A DNA stretch of 43,114 bases from Octopus bimaculoides (lineage: Eukaryota). The stretch is from the NCBI RefSeq assembly GCF_001194135.2, contig NC_068985.1, positions 85,059,101 to 85,102,214 of the forward strand, in the 5' to 3' direction. The notes beneath the pieces were generated by a model that saw only the letters and a list, made by a program, of their open reading frames with translations, had not been told where the DNA came from and ran no database searches. The translations under genes and the position numbers were made by a program. Below, piece after piece: positions 12,552-24,416 of the stretch (position 1 is the stretch's first letter; every line of letters starts with the position of its first letter).

Positions 12552-14522
12552 ATGGCAGACAATAGTGCGTCCAAAAAGAGAAAGTGGTACACCCAAAATT
12601 TCAAGAAGTCGTGGTTAGAAGATGCTGAGCTTAAAGATTGGTTACAGCAAGATAAAAATCCTGACACCTGCTACTGCGTTTGTTGCAACGTTGTGTTGAA
12701 AAATGCTAACAAATCAATGCTGCCAAACACAAGAAAGCTTTTGATTGTGCAAAATCTGCTGTTAAATTAAATTCAGTTATTGTTAAAAAAAAAAAAAACA
12801 TGATACCTTAAATGAAAAAGTAGCTAAGGCAGACTTACTATTAACAGGTTATGTTGCTGAACATCACGTACCTTTCATCCATATAAATCACTTCGCTGAA
12901 ATTTGTAAAAAGGCCTTTCTCGATAGTGAAATAGCTAAAAGTCTACAAATGAAAAAAAAAAAAAATTAATATATACTGTGCAAGACGGAATTGCACTTTA
13001 TGAACAAAATGAAATCTTGGAAATTCTCAAGAAACAAAAGTTTTCATTATTGATAGATGAGAATACGGACATCTCATTGACACAAATCTTAGCAAAAGTT
13101 ATTCGCTCTTTTGATGAACAATCGCTTAATGTCAAGGATGCTCTTCTGGATGCAATTGTAGTAGAAAATGGTTCGTCTCAGGGTTTGTACGATGCTGTCA
13201 AAAGAAAATGTATCTATGAGCAACATACTTGGATTTGCCAGCGATAATTGCTCAATTAGGACGAGTAACAAGAGCAGGTTTCAAAAGTTATTGAGAAACG
13301 ATATTCCGACTATTTACAATAGGCTGTGTTTGTCATTCGTTTGCACTTTGTTCCAGGCATACAGTGAAGGTGTTACCTTCGTATCTCGAGTCCTTTTTAA
13401 AGGACTTAACTTTTTACTTTTCTCGAAGGAACAAACGTCAAAATAACTTCAATATGATACAAAGTGTTGGTGGCACAAAAGAAAACAAGATTCCAAAGCT
13501 TTTGCAAACTAGATGGTTGTTGTGTGAAAATGCAATTAACGTCATAATAGAACAGTGGTATGCCCTTGTACTTTATTTTCAGTCAGAAGCTAAAGTAGAA
13601 AAAGTGAACGGGGCAAAAATAATCTATGAAACAATGATTTACAAAAGGATGAAGTACAAGCTGCTCTTCTTACATTACATATTAAAGAAAGTAAATGCTC
13701 TTAATGTTGAGTTTCAATTGGAACATTTTTAACTGCATTTGTTGCATATACTTGTATCCAGTGAATATAAAAATATCCTTAGTTTCTTTATAAAAGAGAA
13801 TCACAAAGATATGAGTGGATGCGCAATGAGATATCTAGAACAAAACCCCATCGTTGGTGACTCAGCTAGATTAAAAACTGATTGCAAAATTTTTTAATAG
13901 AATTACGCTCTCAAATAAAAATGCGCTTTCCTCTCGATGAAGCTGGAGTGTTTGCCCTCTTAGAAACACTTGATCCAAAAGTAAAGCGCAAACTCACTAA
14001 TTTTCCTCAGTCGATAATTCCCTTGGTATCAAACGTTCCAGCAATTACACCAGAAAACACCCTTGAACTAAACGATGAGTGGAGATTATTTCGGCAATAT
14101 AAAAATATTCCTGTTTCCTCAAAAAGCATCCCTGAATTCTAGTATTCCATACGCAATCTTAAAGACTAGTTTAACCACACTAGTCTTCAAGATTGCGTAT
14201 GACTAATTTAACGGTGTTACCTCATTCATCAGCGTGCGTGGAGTGCATATTTTCCCAAGTAAATTACACAAAGACAAAGTTCACTAATAGGTTGCAGGCC
14301 GAAACGATCACCGATCGTCTACTCGCTAAACAAGCAATTACAAGAAAGGGAGTGTCTTGCATTTCTTGGGAGCTGAACGTTAAACTTATCAAAGATGTAG
14401 TGGATGGGTCTTGTCATCGTAGATATACGAGTAGATTGAATTTCAATAAGGAAGAGAATGAGTCTATTACCATTGAAGGAGCGAATGAAAATGATGTGGA
14501 TGTGTACGAAATTGACAATTAG
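12552..14522 (+). pseudogene. Degenerate hAT-superfamily transposase (ZNF862/ZBED5-like architecture) with frameshifts and stops
   Basis: N-terminal zinc-finger start (YTQNFKKSW...DWL...CYCVCCNVVL), first catalytic D in FSLLIDENTDIS (about 13056), second D in ILGFASDNCS (about 13243), GCVCHSFALC (about 13322), TRWL, and the dimerisation-domain motif LPHSSACVECIFSQVN (E about 14241). The pieces fall in several frames. Confidence 0.9.
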
Positions 14523-14653
14523 CTGCCATATGATATAAAGTATTAAATTCTGTATTTATTTTGTCATATATTTCATCATTAAATTACCAGTAATATACCT
14601 ATTTTCTAACAGCTGGGTTTATAAAATAGGATCTGGGTGTTTTATTTGATGAG

Positions 14654-14664
14654 TGGCAACCCTG
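14654..14664 (-). mobile_element. Probable right TIR of the hAT element
   Basis: tggcaaccctg (reverse complement CAGGGTTGCCA), 130 bp after the stop codon, resembles hAT termini. The left TIR was not found and may lie in the 11310-11912 gap. Confidence 0.55.
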
Positions 14665-15194
14665 ATATGTGTCTGTGTGTGTGTGAGAGAGAGAGAGAGA
14701 AATCTGTATTTGTGCTTGTGTGAATGTCTCTTCGGAAAACGAAAACAAAATCAAAACTGTTTCTTTTACAAATATATATAATTTTGAGTAGAAAGAAACT
14801 TTGAAACGAAATGTGACTATCTATGTCTTCCACATGAAGTGCAAAATCGCTGATTTTATACGGACGTTTGTTCAGTATTGTTTCCAACATGTCCTGTAGA
14901 CATAGGCTTTTGAAGTCTCGTCCTATACGAAGCTTTTTTTTCTTGTTTGCCGCCATTTATTTTATTATTTATTTTCTTGTTCCTGTCAAGGTATAAGTGC
15001 GGTTTGTTTCTTTTTTCTGCATCATTCTTTTTTTAAAGTTGTGTGTATATCTATCTATCTATCTACCTATCTTTATGTATGAATGCATATTTATATAAAT
15101 ATATATGTATATAGCGTGTGTGTGTATATATGTATGTGTGTGTGTATGTGAATTTATGTATATATATTTGCATGCATATATCTATACATGTGTG

Positions 15195-15232
<38 letters not shown>

Positions 15233-15780
15233 GTCAAAGATAGATAGATAGATAGATAGATAGATGTGCATCAATTCAGTTTGTATGCCTCTTTGTATAT
15301 GTATATATGTAGGGGTGTGTGCGCGAATGTGTTCATTTATGATTGTGTGTATATTTGTGACTGTCAAGAAATTAGTTTACACATACGTATACATACACAC
15401 TTGCTCATACTTACACAGACACACACACATACACGCACTTATACATATACACATACATATATATATAGTGAGAGACTCACATTAACATACTTATACATAC
15501 AGAGAGGAGAGGAAGAGAGAGACACACACAAATATACAAATATGTATTACGCAGTTGGAGCGGAACAAATGGTAGTGTGACAGACTAAATGCCTTGATGT
15601 ATAATTTTTTTATTGCTTAATCAAGAGGAAAGGGACTACGTGTATGTTTGTTGATATGCTTTTTTTCTTTTATTTGTTTCCTTTAAAATTACCCCCTCAC
15701 CTCTTTTATCACACTCCAATCTCGGTGTTATCGCTTCAAAGAGAAGAATGTTTTAGTAGATATTAAATCTGATAACGATG

Positions 15781-15833
15781 ATAGTAGTAGAGATGGTGGC
15801 GACGAAGGTAGTGGTGGTGGCGGCGGTGAGGGT

Positions 15834-15865
<32 letters not shown>

Positions 15866-15890
15866 TGGTGGTGGCAATAGTGGCGGTTAC
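15781..15890. repeat. (GGT/GGC)n compound triplet repeat
   Basis: Directly visible. Confidence 0.9.
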
Positions 15891-16109
15891 TGAAGATGTG
15901 TCACGTGGCAAATTGATTTGTAGGTAGCGTGTGTTTGTATAAGCTTTTGAATTGAATCCAATAAACTACTGCAATGGGGTATTCATCTCTCTCTCTCTCT
16001 TCTTTCTCTCTCTTCTCTCTCCTTTCTCTCTCTACATATATATATATATATGTGTGTGTGTGTGTAATTGAATAAAATTCTTATATATATATATCCGTTA
16101 TGTGCAACG

Positions 16110-16715
16110 GAAATACTATTAGATTAAAATAGCCATCTGCGTATCATACTTAATGCAGGCACATCGCGAAAATGCAATTTTAGTGCAGTATTCGTCAAGA
16201 AATTATATCTCTCGTGGACGTACTGTGTTAAACAAGCAACACAAGTATATCAGTGAGCAGACGAACGACATCCAGCAGCTGTGAAAAGGCTCGATACGCA
16301 TTTCTGTCTCTTTAGACTTTGTCAGTAACATGTATCCACTGCTAAGACATCTGACGCTGTTGGTATAGAAAAACAGTGACTGAAAAATCACTGGTGTTGC
16401 TATTAGCTGCCCGGTTGAATAAAAATCCGTATTTCATCTGCCGATGCGTTCTGAGTTCAAATTAAGATTTTCATCCTTTCGGAGTCGATTAAATAAGTAC
16501 CAGTTACGCACTGAGGGTCAATGTAATCCCTTTGTCCGTCCTTGTTTATCCCCTCTATTTTTAGCCCCCTGTGAGCAATAAAGAAATATTAGATCAACAT
16601 AGTCATTTGTGTATCATACTTAAAGCATATACGTCGTGAAAAGGCAAATTAACTGCAGAATTCGTTCGGAGATACTATCTCTTACAGACATATTGTGTTT
16701 AAAAACACAAATATA
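16110..16715 (+). repeat. Old local direct duplication (16110-16245 vs 16580-16715) split by a SINE
   Basis: ttagattaaaatagccatctgcgtatcatacttaatgca vs ttagatcaacatagtcatttgtgtatcatacttaaagca; offset 470. Confidence 0.7.
16395..16588 (+). mobile_element. SINE family C
   Basis: cgttctgagttcaaatt...ttcatcctttcggagtcgattaaataagtaccagttacgcactg. Confidence 0.75.
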
Positions 16716-16988
16716 AATAACCACATCAAATATTTCGTACAAGCATTACAGGAGTTGTAATTAGTGAAATGGTAATCCTGGAAATGTCAAATAATTTTCA
16801 AATTTCATTGGATTTTTGAGATCTTCCTTTTAATCGATAACTATATATATCAGTTGATATGTGAATATAAGAATCCCTTGGGGTGTTTTGGAGTAGTTGC
16901 TGGTTGATACATTTAACTATTAGATTTTATTTTTAGCGCCAGTGTTTCACACAGCCAAATAAAGTCTTTGTACAATTTCTAAAGTAAG

Positions 16989-17393
16989 TACTCTTTTACT
17001 TGTTTCAGTCAATTGACTGCGGCCATGCTGGAACACCGTCTTTAGTCGAGCAAATCGACCCCAGGACTTATTCCTTGCAAGCCTAGTACTTATTCTATCG
17101 GTCTCTTTTGCCGAACCGCTAAGTTACGTGGACGTAAACACACAAACATTGGTTGTCAAGCGATGCTGGGGGGGGGACAAACACAGACTCACAAACATAT
17201 ACACACACATACATATATATATACATATATACGACGGGCTTCTTTCAGTTTCTGTCTACCAAATCCACTCAAGGTTTTGGTCAGCCCGAGGCTATAGTAG
17301 AAGACACTTGCCCAAGGTGCCACGCAATAGGACTGAACCCGGAACCATGTGGCTCGTAAGCAAGCTACTTACCACTCAGCCACTCCTGCGCCT
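16989..17393 (-). mobile_element. Full-length SINE family B (tRNA-like head, CORE-like caccttgggcaag, internal microsatellite)
   Basis: The reverse complement begins aggcgcaggagtggctgagtggtaag and ends ...gactgaaacaagtaaaagagta. Matches 19025-19395 and 28566-28960. Confidence 0.85.
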
Positions 17394-17429
17394 ATGTAAA
17401 TAAGTAAATAATTTTTTTTTTTCTCTTAA

Positions 17430-18700
17430 TTACCTTACTGACGGAGTCCACGGGATTGTCTCCTTTTCTAAACTGTAGCAAGTTCTGAGAAAATAGTTCT
17501 ATATTACGATTTTGATAAAGTCTTGTTCGCGATTTAAAGTGTGCTCGAATTTCGTAAGCTTTTATTCCCTTAGGTTTTACTAGCAGAGATTCAGAAAATT
17601 CTTCTGATCGGGCAACAGTTATACCACTCATCAGTGTCTTGTGAATGTTAACATTTTGGAGAGTTTTTGGTCAGGGACTTCGACGATTTTGTATGGGCCA
17701 TTATACATTAATCACAGATCATAAGTACACATTAAAAAAAATCTCTCCCATGATAGAAGTTTTAGTAATTTCGAAAACAGCTTCATCAAAAATAGGCTTC
17801 AATATAGAATGAGCTCTGTGACTTCCATGTAACAGTGTAATAGTCACACTAAAAGAGTCTACAACAGCAATTTTATTTTGCTTGAGAACTTTAACTAAGA
17901 ATAAATTCGTGGAAAATGTTTTTTCGGCACTACCGGGAGCATCCAAAAAGGGTACATCTCCGTGCTGATTAAAGATACTATTCATTTAAAGTTCTCTAGC
18001 TAAATTGTTGATTTCTGTTCTTTGGTTTGTGGAAGATCAAATGAAGATAGGGTTGATTAATGTATTATCGCATAATCGTCTATGTCAATTAAAACTGTTG
18101 AAGATTTCTCCTGTATAAACTACGTATAATATGCGTGTAAGCAAGCTGTACTTGGTGTTTATAAACTTCTGCCAAATCATCTTCATATTTGTTTCATAAT
18201 TCTAGAACGTTACCTTCATCACAAGTTTTTAATAGAATTGCAAATGTTTCTCGTAACCGTTTGAGGGATTGGTATATGGCTGCTGCTCTTAAAATGGCAT
18301 CTTATTGACTATCAATTTCTAGTATTCTTCTCTTGCAGTAAGCCTCTCTAAATATCGCACAAACATGATGAACATCAGCAGTTCATTGACCCTCAAAAGA
18401 TCTAGACCCTTTAAGTTCACGCAACAACATTCTTGAGAAGAAACACTCATATTAGCTAGGATAAGCATTGTAAACTTTACCTAAAGTATTGTCAAATCTT
18501 ACATCTAACTGCCTTTCAACTTTGCTTCTTCTCTTTTTTCTTCTCCGTTTTTGTTGTTTCATGTGTGATATGATGGTATCTGTAGATATATATAAGGTTT
18601 GAGCAAATACAGTGTAACAATGTTATAATAAAAAACTGTAAAAGTAGTATCTAAGAGCAAGAACTAGATGGATAGCTGTTTTATTAAAACGTCTTGTCCG
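17430..18700 (-). pseudogene. Helitron RepHel fragment (end of Rep region plus PIF1-like helicase), decayed
   Basis: Minus-strand translations: LGKVYNAYPS*YECFFSRMLLRELKGSRSF, IFREAYCKRRILEIDSQ*DAILRAAA, FLDAPGSAEKTF..LFLVKV...KIAV...TLLHGSHRAHSILK (Walker A region), and LLVKPKGIKAYEIRAHFKS. These match Helitron consensus motifs in the correct order. Confidence 0.9.
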
Positions 18701-18774
18701 TGTATATCAGGAGGGTCGTTATGCTCATATACACACATGCACTGGTTCAATTTTACTTCTTTATTACTCCATTA

Positions 18775-18956
18775 GTATTGTAGAACAAGTAGAAGGATAA
18801 ATTTTATTCAACGCATAGATACTGAACAGTATAGATATAAAGGATAAAATCCTTTCTTCTGCTTTTAAAAAGAAAAAAGGATTTTATCCTTTATATCTAT
18901 ACTATTCAGTATCTATGTGCTGAATAAAATTTATCTTTCTACCTGTTCTACCATAC
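18775..18956. repeat. Foldback element: 81-bp inverted arms with a 20-nt spacer
   Basis: Arms 18775-18855 and 18876-18956 pair with 6 non-Watson-Crick positions. Confidence 0.9.
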
Positions 18957-19024
18957 ATTTCAGCGCTTCGAAAACAAACTTGTTTGTTTACATACGGTGT
19001 AATCTATTAGTATTCTTTTTTAAA

Positions 19025-19395
19025 TGTCTGTGTGGTAAGAAGCTCGTTTCCCAACCACATGGTTCCGAGGTCAGTCCGGCTGCGTGTCACCTTGGGTAAG
19101 TGTCTTCTACTATAAGCCTCGAGCATACCAAAGCCTTGTGAGTGGATTTGATAGACGTAAACTGGAAGAAAACCGTCGTATGTGTGTGTGTCTGTCTGTC
19201 TGTCCACCGCCGCTTGACCAGTGGTGTTGGTGCGTTTACGTACCCGTAACTTAGCGGTTCGGCAAAAGGCCCGGTAGAATAAGTATCAGGTTTATGCTAA
19301 AATAAGTACTGGGATCAATATATTCGACTAAAAATTCTTCAAGGAGATGCCCCAGCATGGCCGCAGTCAAATGAGTGAAACAGGTAAAAGGAAAA
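19025..19395 (+). mobile_element. SINE family B
   Basis: gtgtggtaagaagctcg...caccttgggtaagtgtcttctac...cagcatggccgcagtcaaatg. Confidence 0.85.
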
Positions 19396-19635
19396 AGATA
19401 AACATTAAGGAAGATAGTTTTGAAAACAGCGCGAATAATGATAAAGAATTCTTAAACCTAAAAAAAGTTTGCCACTGGAATCCCTAAATTTACCCCCACT
19501 TCACCTCCGTTGTTATACTGAAANNNNNNNNNNNNNNNNNNNNNNNNNNNNNNNNNNNNNNNNNNNNNNNNNNNNNNNNNNNNNNNNNNNNNNNNNNNNN
19601 NNNNNNNNNNNNNNNNNNNNNNNNNNNNNNNNNNN

Positions 19636-19714
<79 letters not shown>

Positions 19715-20574
19715 CTACAATTGTAGTACAATGGATAATTTCTTACGCTCTCTATATGCAAACTTTTGGCCCGGAAAATCCTTCACGGTGAGATTAAATA
19801 TGTTTACATCTACCAAATTATAGAAGTTGCATTACATTAAACATATATATACAGACAGACTGACATACGTATGTGTGTGCGTGCGTGTGTGTAATATATA
19901 TATATATATATCATTGTTATACGTTCCATCCTGGTTTTGCAGCCTTCCAATTTGGGAGCTGACCCTTGATAGAATTTCGTGTGTATAATGAAAGATATCG
20001 GATCATATAATCGTATCATATGAAATCATTCATGCGTGCATTTACTCAGTACGCGTGTCTACGCGTGTGTGTGTGTGTGTGCGTCCCCACTAGACATCAG
20101 AAGGAAGCAGCAAGGGAAAGCAGGGAAGAGTAGAGGAATATTATAGAGATAGATAGAGAGGGGGCAGCTAACGAGAGCGAGAGAGAGAGAGTGAGAGAAA
20201 GAGAGAGAAATCCAAAAGGTTAGAACAGAGACTTGGGAAGAGACAAAAGAAGGAGACCAGTGTCTTGACATTGCTCCTTTTGAAGGAGAATGACAAATAC
20301 ACAATTGAACAAGAGAACAAGGGAATTGGATAGAAAGGGCTAACATGTTCTCGATCTTAACAGAAGGACCGGGTGAATGAGGGAGGGACTGGGGAGATTG
20401 ATGCAGGTAAAGAGAGAGACAAGACATGTCGGTGGAGAAAAGGTGCAGAAGTTTATAACATTGCTACAATAAGACGTTTCAAAGATTCGCTTATGAAACG
20501 AATTACTAAGTTACGTAAGATATTATAGCAATGCATACATACATACATACAGGCGTGTGAGTGCGTGTATGCGC

Positions 20575-20740
20575 GCGTCGGCTAAGTGGTGAAGAGGTTT
20601 CGCTTCGCAAACATGAAATCCTGGGTCCAATTCCACGGCGTGGTGTCTTGGGCAAGTTTTTTTTTCCTCTTTACCATATCTTTGAGTTGCACCAAGCCTT
20701 GTGAGTAAATTTGAGAAGAATGAAACTATGTAGAAGCCCG
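20575..20740 (+). mobile_element. SINE family B, 5' part
   Basis: gctaagtggtgaagag...gtcttgggcaag...ccaagccttgtgagt. Confidence 0.65.
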
Positions 20741-20799
20741 CTAAATAAACTATACCAGTAATACAAATAAACTATGCCAGTAATACAAAGGTCCGGCCT

Positions 20800-20940
20800 A
20801 GTTACACCGTGACGCAGATTCTGTTTGAGAATTACGTTAAGGGTACACATGTCTATGAAATTCTCGGCTACTTTTCAGACTAATTCAATAATTAGATCAT
20901 CCAGATGATCGAACAGTTGGATGTTCCATTAGTCGAAACC
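20800..20940 (+). mobile_element. SINE family A, 3' fragment
   Basis: gagaattacgttaagggtacacatgtct matches gagaactacgttaagggtacacgtgtct near 11160. Confidence 0.65.
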
Positions 20941-21614
20941 AAAGACAGAGTTCATCCCACCATGTGTGTGTGTGTGTGTGTGTAATTTTATATTCAGGTA
21001 CACACCTTGTAGTATGCCGTTTAAAGCCTATTCACAGTATTTAGCCACCTGATGCCAATAGTATGGCAGTATATGCCACTAGATTTACTTCAAGAATTCC
21101 TTTGTATCCGTAGAGTTTATAAAATATGAGAGTAATTAAATGGAATTCACAACTCTTTATTATTCACTACGATCCTTTCGACTCATCGTGCATCGGTGCC
21201 TCGCGGATAAGATGCTGTACAAACAGCTGTGGTGCACCATGAGTGCAAATGTCTCGTCAGGTGACTTGTCAAAAGGTACCTCGTTTTTTAATCTCCGTTT
21301 CGCTTATTTCTATTAGAATGCATCTTTGTAGATGCATTCTACTCGTCGACACGAGAAACTGTTATAATGTAGAACTCTTCTCATATAAGCAATAATGTGA
21401 CTTACAAAGAATCAAAAAATCACCCCACCCCCCAAAAAAAAAATATTAAAATAATTGAATCAAATGATACTTTACACTGATAATGAAAACAACCGTTAAA
21501 TTAAGACCATAAAACAACCATGCGATGGGGATAGAACAAATAACACAAAACACAATCGGACATTCAAACTGACCTAAGCCGACCATTATCTTTTCAGGAA
21601 GCAAATAATTTGCG

Positions 21615-21692
21615 GCTGTGTGATAAGAAGCTTACTTCCCAACCACATGGTTCCGGGTTCAGTCCCACTGCGTGGCACCTTGGGCAAGTGTC
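21615..21692 (+). mobile_element. SINE family B, head only
   Basis: cttcccaaccacatggttccgggttcagtcccactgcgtggcaccttgggcaagtgtc. Confidence 0.75.
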
Positions 21693-21744
21693 GGCTCTTT
21701 TCAATTTGATGGCCAGATTTTTGAATTAATTTTTTTTTAACTAA

Positions 21745-21900
21745 ACACTTTGAAACTTCGGAGACTGGTAGAATGTGTCACATAGAACAGGGTTTACTCT
21801 TAACGTTTTTGACAAAATTTTGTATTTTAGAAGTTATTTCGTGTTAAAGTTGTCGTATTTGGGTAATTTTAACCAATCAATGACGTGTATTCAGCTGAAG
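21745..21900 (-). repeat. Dispersed repeat, copy 3 of 3 (inverted)
   Basis: gttatttcgtgttaaagttgtcgtatttgggtaattttaaccaatcaatgacgtgtattcagct matches the reverse complement of about 12070-12140. Confidence 0.7.
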
Positions 21901-23290
21901 AAAATTACTGCTGCTGTTTGCGAACAACTACCGGATCCACTCCCCTAACAAAACTCTTCTTTAATAACCAGAAATGTTTTTATAGCAACATAGGTTTGCT
22001 GTATCAGACAAACGACGGAGCCTGTATGTAGTTGCATGACCTGCGAGAAAAATAATAATAATAAAATCATGCTTCTTTTATGTCTTAGTAAATAATAAGA
22101 AGAAACCAAGAATAAACAACATAATAATTAAAATAAGCATGTAGATCGCACAAGTTTGGCAGCCGCGAGTTTTGCAGCGTAAAGAAACTAAAAAATTAAC
22201 ACAAAGTAATCGCCCTTGAAGTTGTAGATCACGCGCCAAAGTAGCACCTACACACACACACACACACACACGTCTATATACATATACACATGCATATTTT
22301 ACACTGATAATTCAGATTTCAAATTTTGGTGTGGCGTCCTGTTACAATCAATATAAACTTTGGCTTTCAAAGAAAAAATTCTATTACACTTTATTGACTA
22401 CTCTTAGTTATTGCTGATTATTCTCAATTATTAACAATTATAATTTTCTTTCAAGTTCATTCATTATCCTTCTTTTCGGTTTGTTTCACTCTGTTGTCTG
22501 CCATTATATGTTCATAAATCGAAATATCGCCCAAAAGGATTACAACCACTTCAAACACATCTACATTATTACGCTGTCAAGTGTAACATCATTTGTATGG
22601 CAATGTATGACGTGAGCTAATACTTCTCGGTCGGTGTTATATTGTGTTGTATTACTTTGTCCTGTCAGCCACTGTGGCCAAACCTCCAAGTCTAAAGAGT
22701 GGGATTGCATTGTGCAGATTGATTCTCACTTTAAAACTACTAAAGCAAGTCGGGAGTAAAGCTCTGCAGTGTCGACGATCGGTTTACATCACCACTTGAT
22801 GCTCGTGTCGCTCTTCTTCATGATCTTCGGACACGAAGAAATTACTATCATTATCATCACCTTGTTCTTTAGTATTTTATGATTGTCTTTGCCAGTTGAA
22901 TAGTGGGATTCAGAAAGGGTTTCCATAATTGGAATTTCTTTGTTATCATCAAATAGTTTGTTTTAACGCTTGCTAGTATGAGATGCTTTCCACTGACAAC
23001 GTCGGTAGATGGCATTTGCAGTCCCTTCGTTACTGTGGTATCTAAATTCAATGTGCGATGTTTGCCATCAATTAAAGACGCCATGACGTATAAATGTAGC
23101 GACACTTCAGAATAATTTTTTTTATGACAGTTTGTCTTACGTTCCAAAGATAGTGAAATCAGGAAAGTGAAAATGGTCTTCTGCAAGAAAATGAAAGTGT
23201 TTTCCTTGAAAAAGAAAGTGAAAATGCTTTCCTGGAAGGTTAGTTAGTGACAGTTCGTATTCCCATAATATACAGGGTGAGCCAAAAGTC

Positions 23291-23320
23291 ACGCGCAAAA
23301 TAAGTTCAATGCACTACGGA
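23291..23320 (+). mobile_element. Isolated Tc1/mariner-like terminus
   Basis: ta|cagggtgagccaaaagtcacgc resembles TA-CAGGGTG termini. No partner TIR was found. Confidence 0.3.
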
Positions 23321-23387
23321 ATTGTCAAAGACAATAAATAAAATAATGATGAATACATACCTATTTGTACATGATGAACAAAATTAT

Positions 23388-23758
23388 TATTACCTCCACC
23401 TTAAGGATGGCGGAAGTATTGTTTTCAGTCGTGTTTGTTTGTCCGAGGACAAGATATCTCAATAACTGCTGAATGGATTCGGATGAAACTTTCAGGGATG
23501 TTTGGCTTCGTGACTAGCACGAAGTGATTAGATTTTGGGATCGATCCGATACCGGACAAGGATTCTGGATTTTTATTTTTTATTTTTTATTTTTTACTTA
23601 ATTTTTGAGAGCGGTCGGTTTCATTTTTAGTATTCTCGTTTGTGAGAGCAGTCGAGTTTATTTCAGATATTCTCATTTTAAAAATCATCTCACGCTAGTC
23701 GTTGAGAGGATGTTGATGTTGCCCTGGCGGAGGTTTGCCCTCTCTGAGTGCTCTTGCT
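23388..23758 (+). mobile_element. Helentron-associated non-autonomous element (HINE-like)
   Basis: 5' tattacctccacc, 3' sub-TIR ggcggaggt (23726-23734), followed by the hairpin gccctctctgagtgc and a T-rich end. Internal gaatggattcggatgaaactttcaggg motif. Confidence 0.7.
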
Positions 23759-24416
23759 ATTATTATTATTATTATAACTTTATTAACCACAAAAGTTTAC
23801 AATAAGAAAAATATGGACAGCACAGGGCAAAACACAGAATGTGTGTGTGTGAGTGTATGTTGTGAGGATTTTGCGTGTAAACAAGACTAATAAAATTTTA
23901 AAAGAAATCAANNNNNNNNNNNNNNNNNNNNNNNNNNNNNNNNNNNNNNNNNNNNNNNNNNNNNNNNNNNNNNNNNNNNNNNNNNNNNNNNNNNNNNNNN
24001 NNNNNNNNNNNNNNNNNNNNNNNNNNNNNNNNNNNNNNNNNNNNNNNNNNNNNNNNNNNNNNNNNNNNNNNNNNNNNNNNNNNNNNNNNNNNNNNNNNNN
24101 NNNNNNNNNNNNNNNNNNNNNNNNNNNNNNNNNNNNNNNNNNNNNNNNNNNNNNNNNNNNNNNNNNNNNNNNNNNNNNNNNNNNNNNNNNNNNNNNNNNN
24201 NNNNNNNNNNNNNNNNNNNNNNNNNNNNNNNNNNNNNNNNNNNNNNNNNNNNNNNNNNNNNNNNNNNNNNNNNNNNNNNNNNNNNNNNNNNNNNNNNNNN
24301 NNNNNNNNNNNNNNNNNNNNNNNNNNNNNNNNNNNNNNNNNNNNNNNNNNNNNNNNNNNNNNNNNNNNNNNNNNNNNNNNNNNNNNNNNNNNNNNNNNNN
24401 NNNNNNNNNNNNNNNA

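Noticed and set aside
15781-15890. Gly- or Pro-rich coding potential of the GGC/GGT tract
   Set aside because: No supporting splice sites or extended ORF; it is a simple repeat.
20059-20427. 122-aa Ser/Leu/Pro-rich ORF
   Set aside because: It is the antisense reading of a purine-rich low-complexity tract.
22620-23186. Coding-like minus-strand relic (acidic DDNDSNFFVSEDHEEE stretch; 105-aa ORF)
   Set aside because: No recognisable family motif, and the frames are broken; left unassigned.
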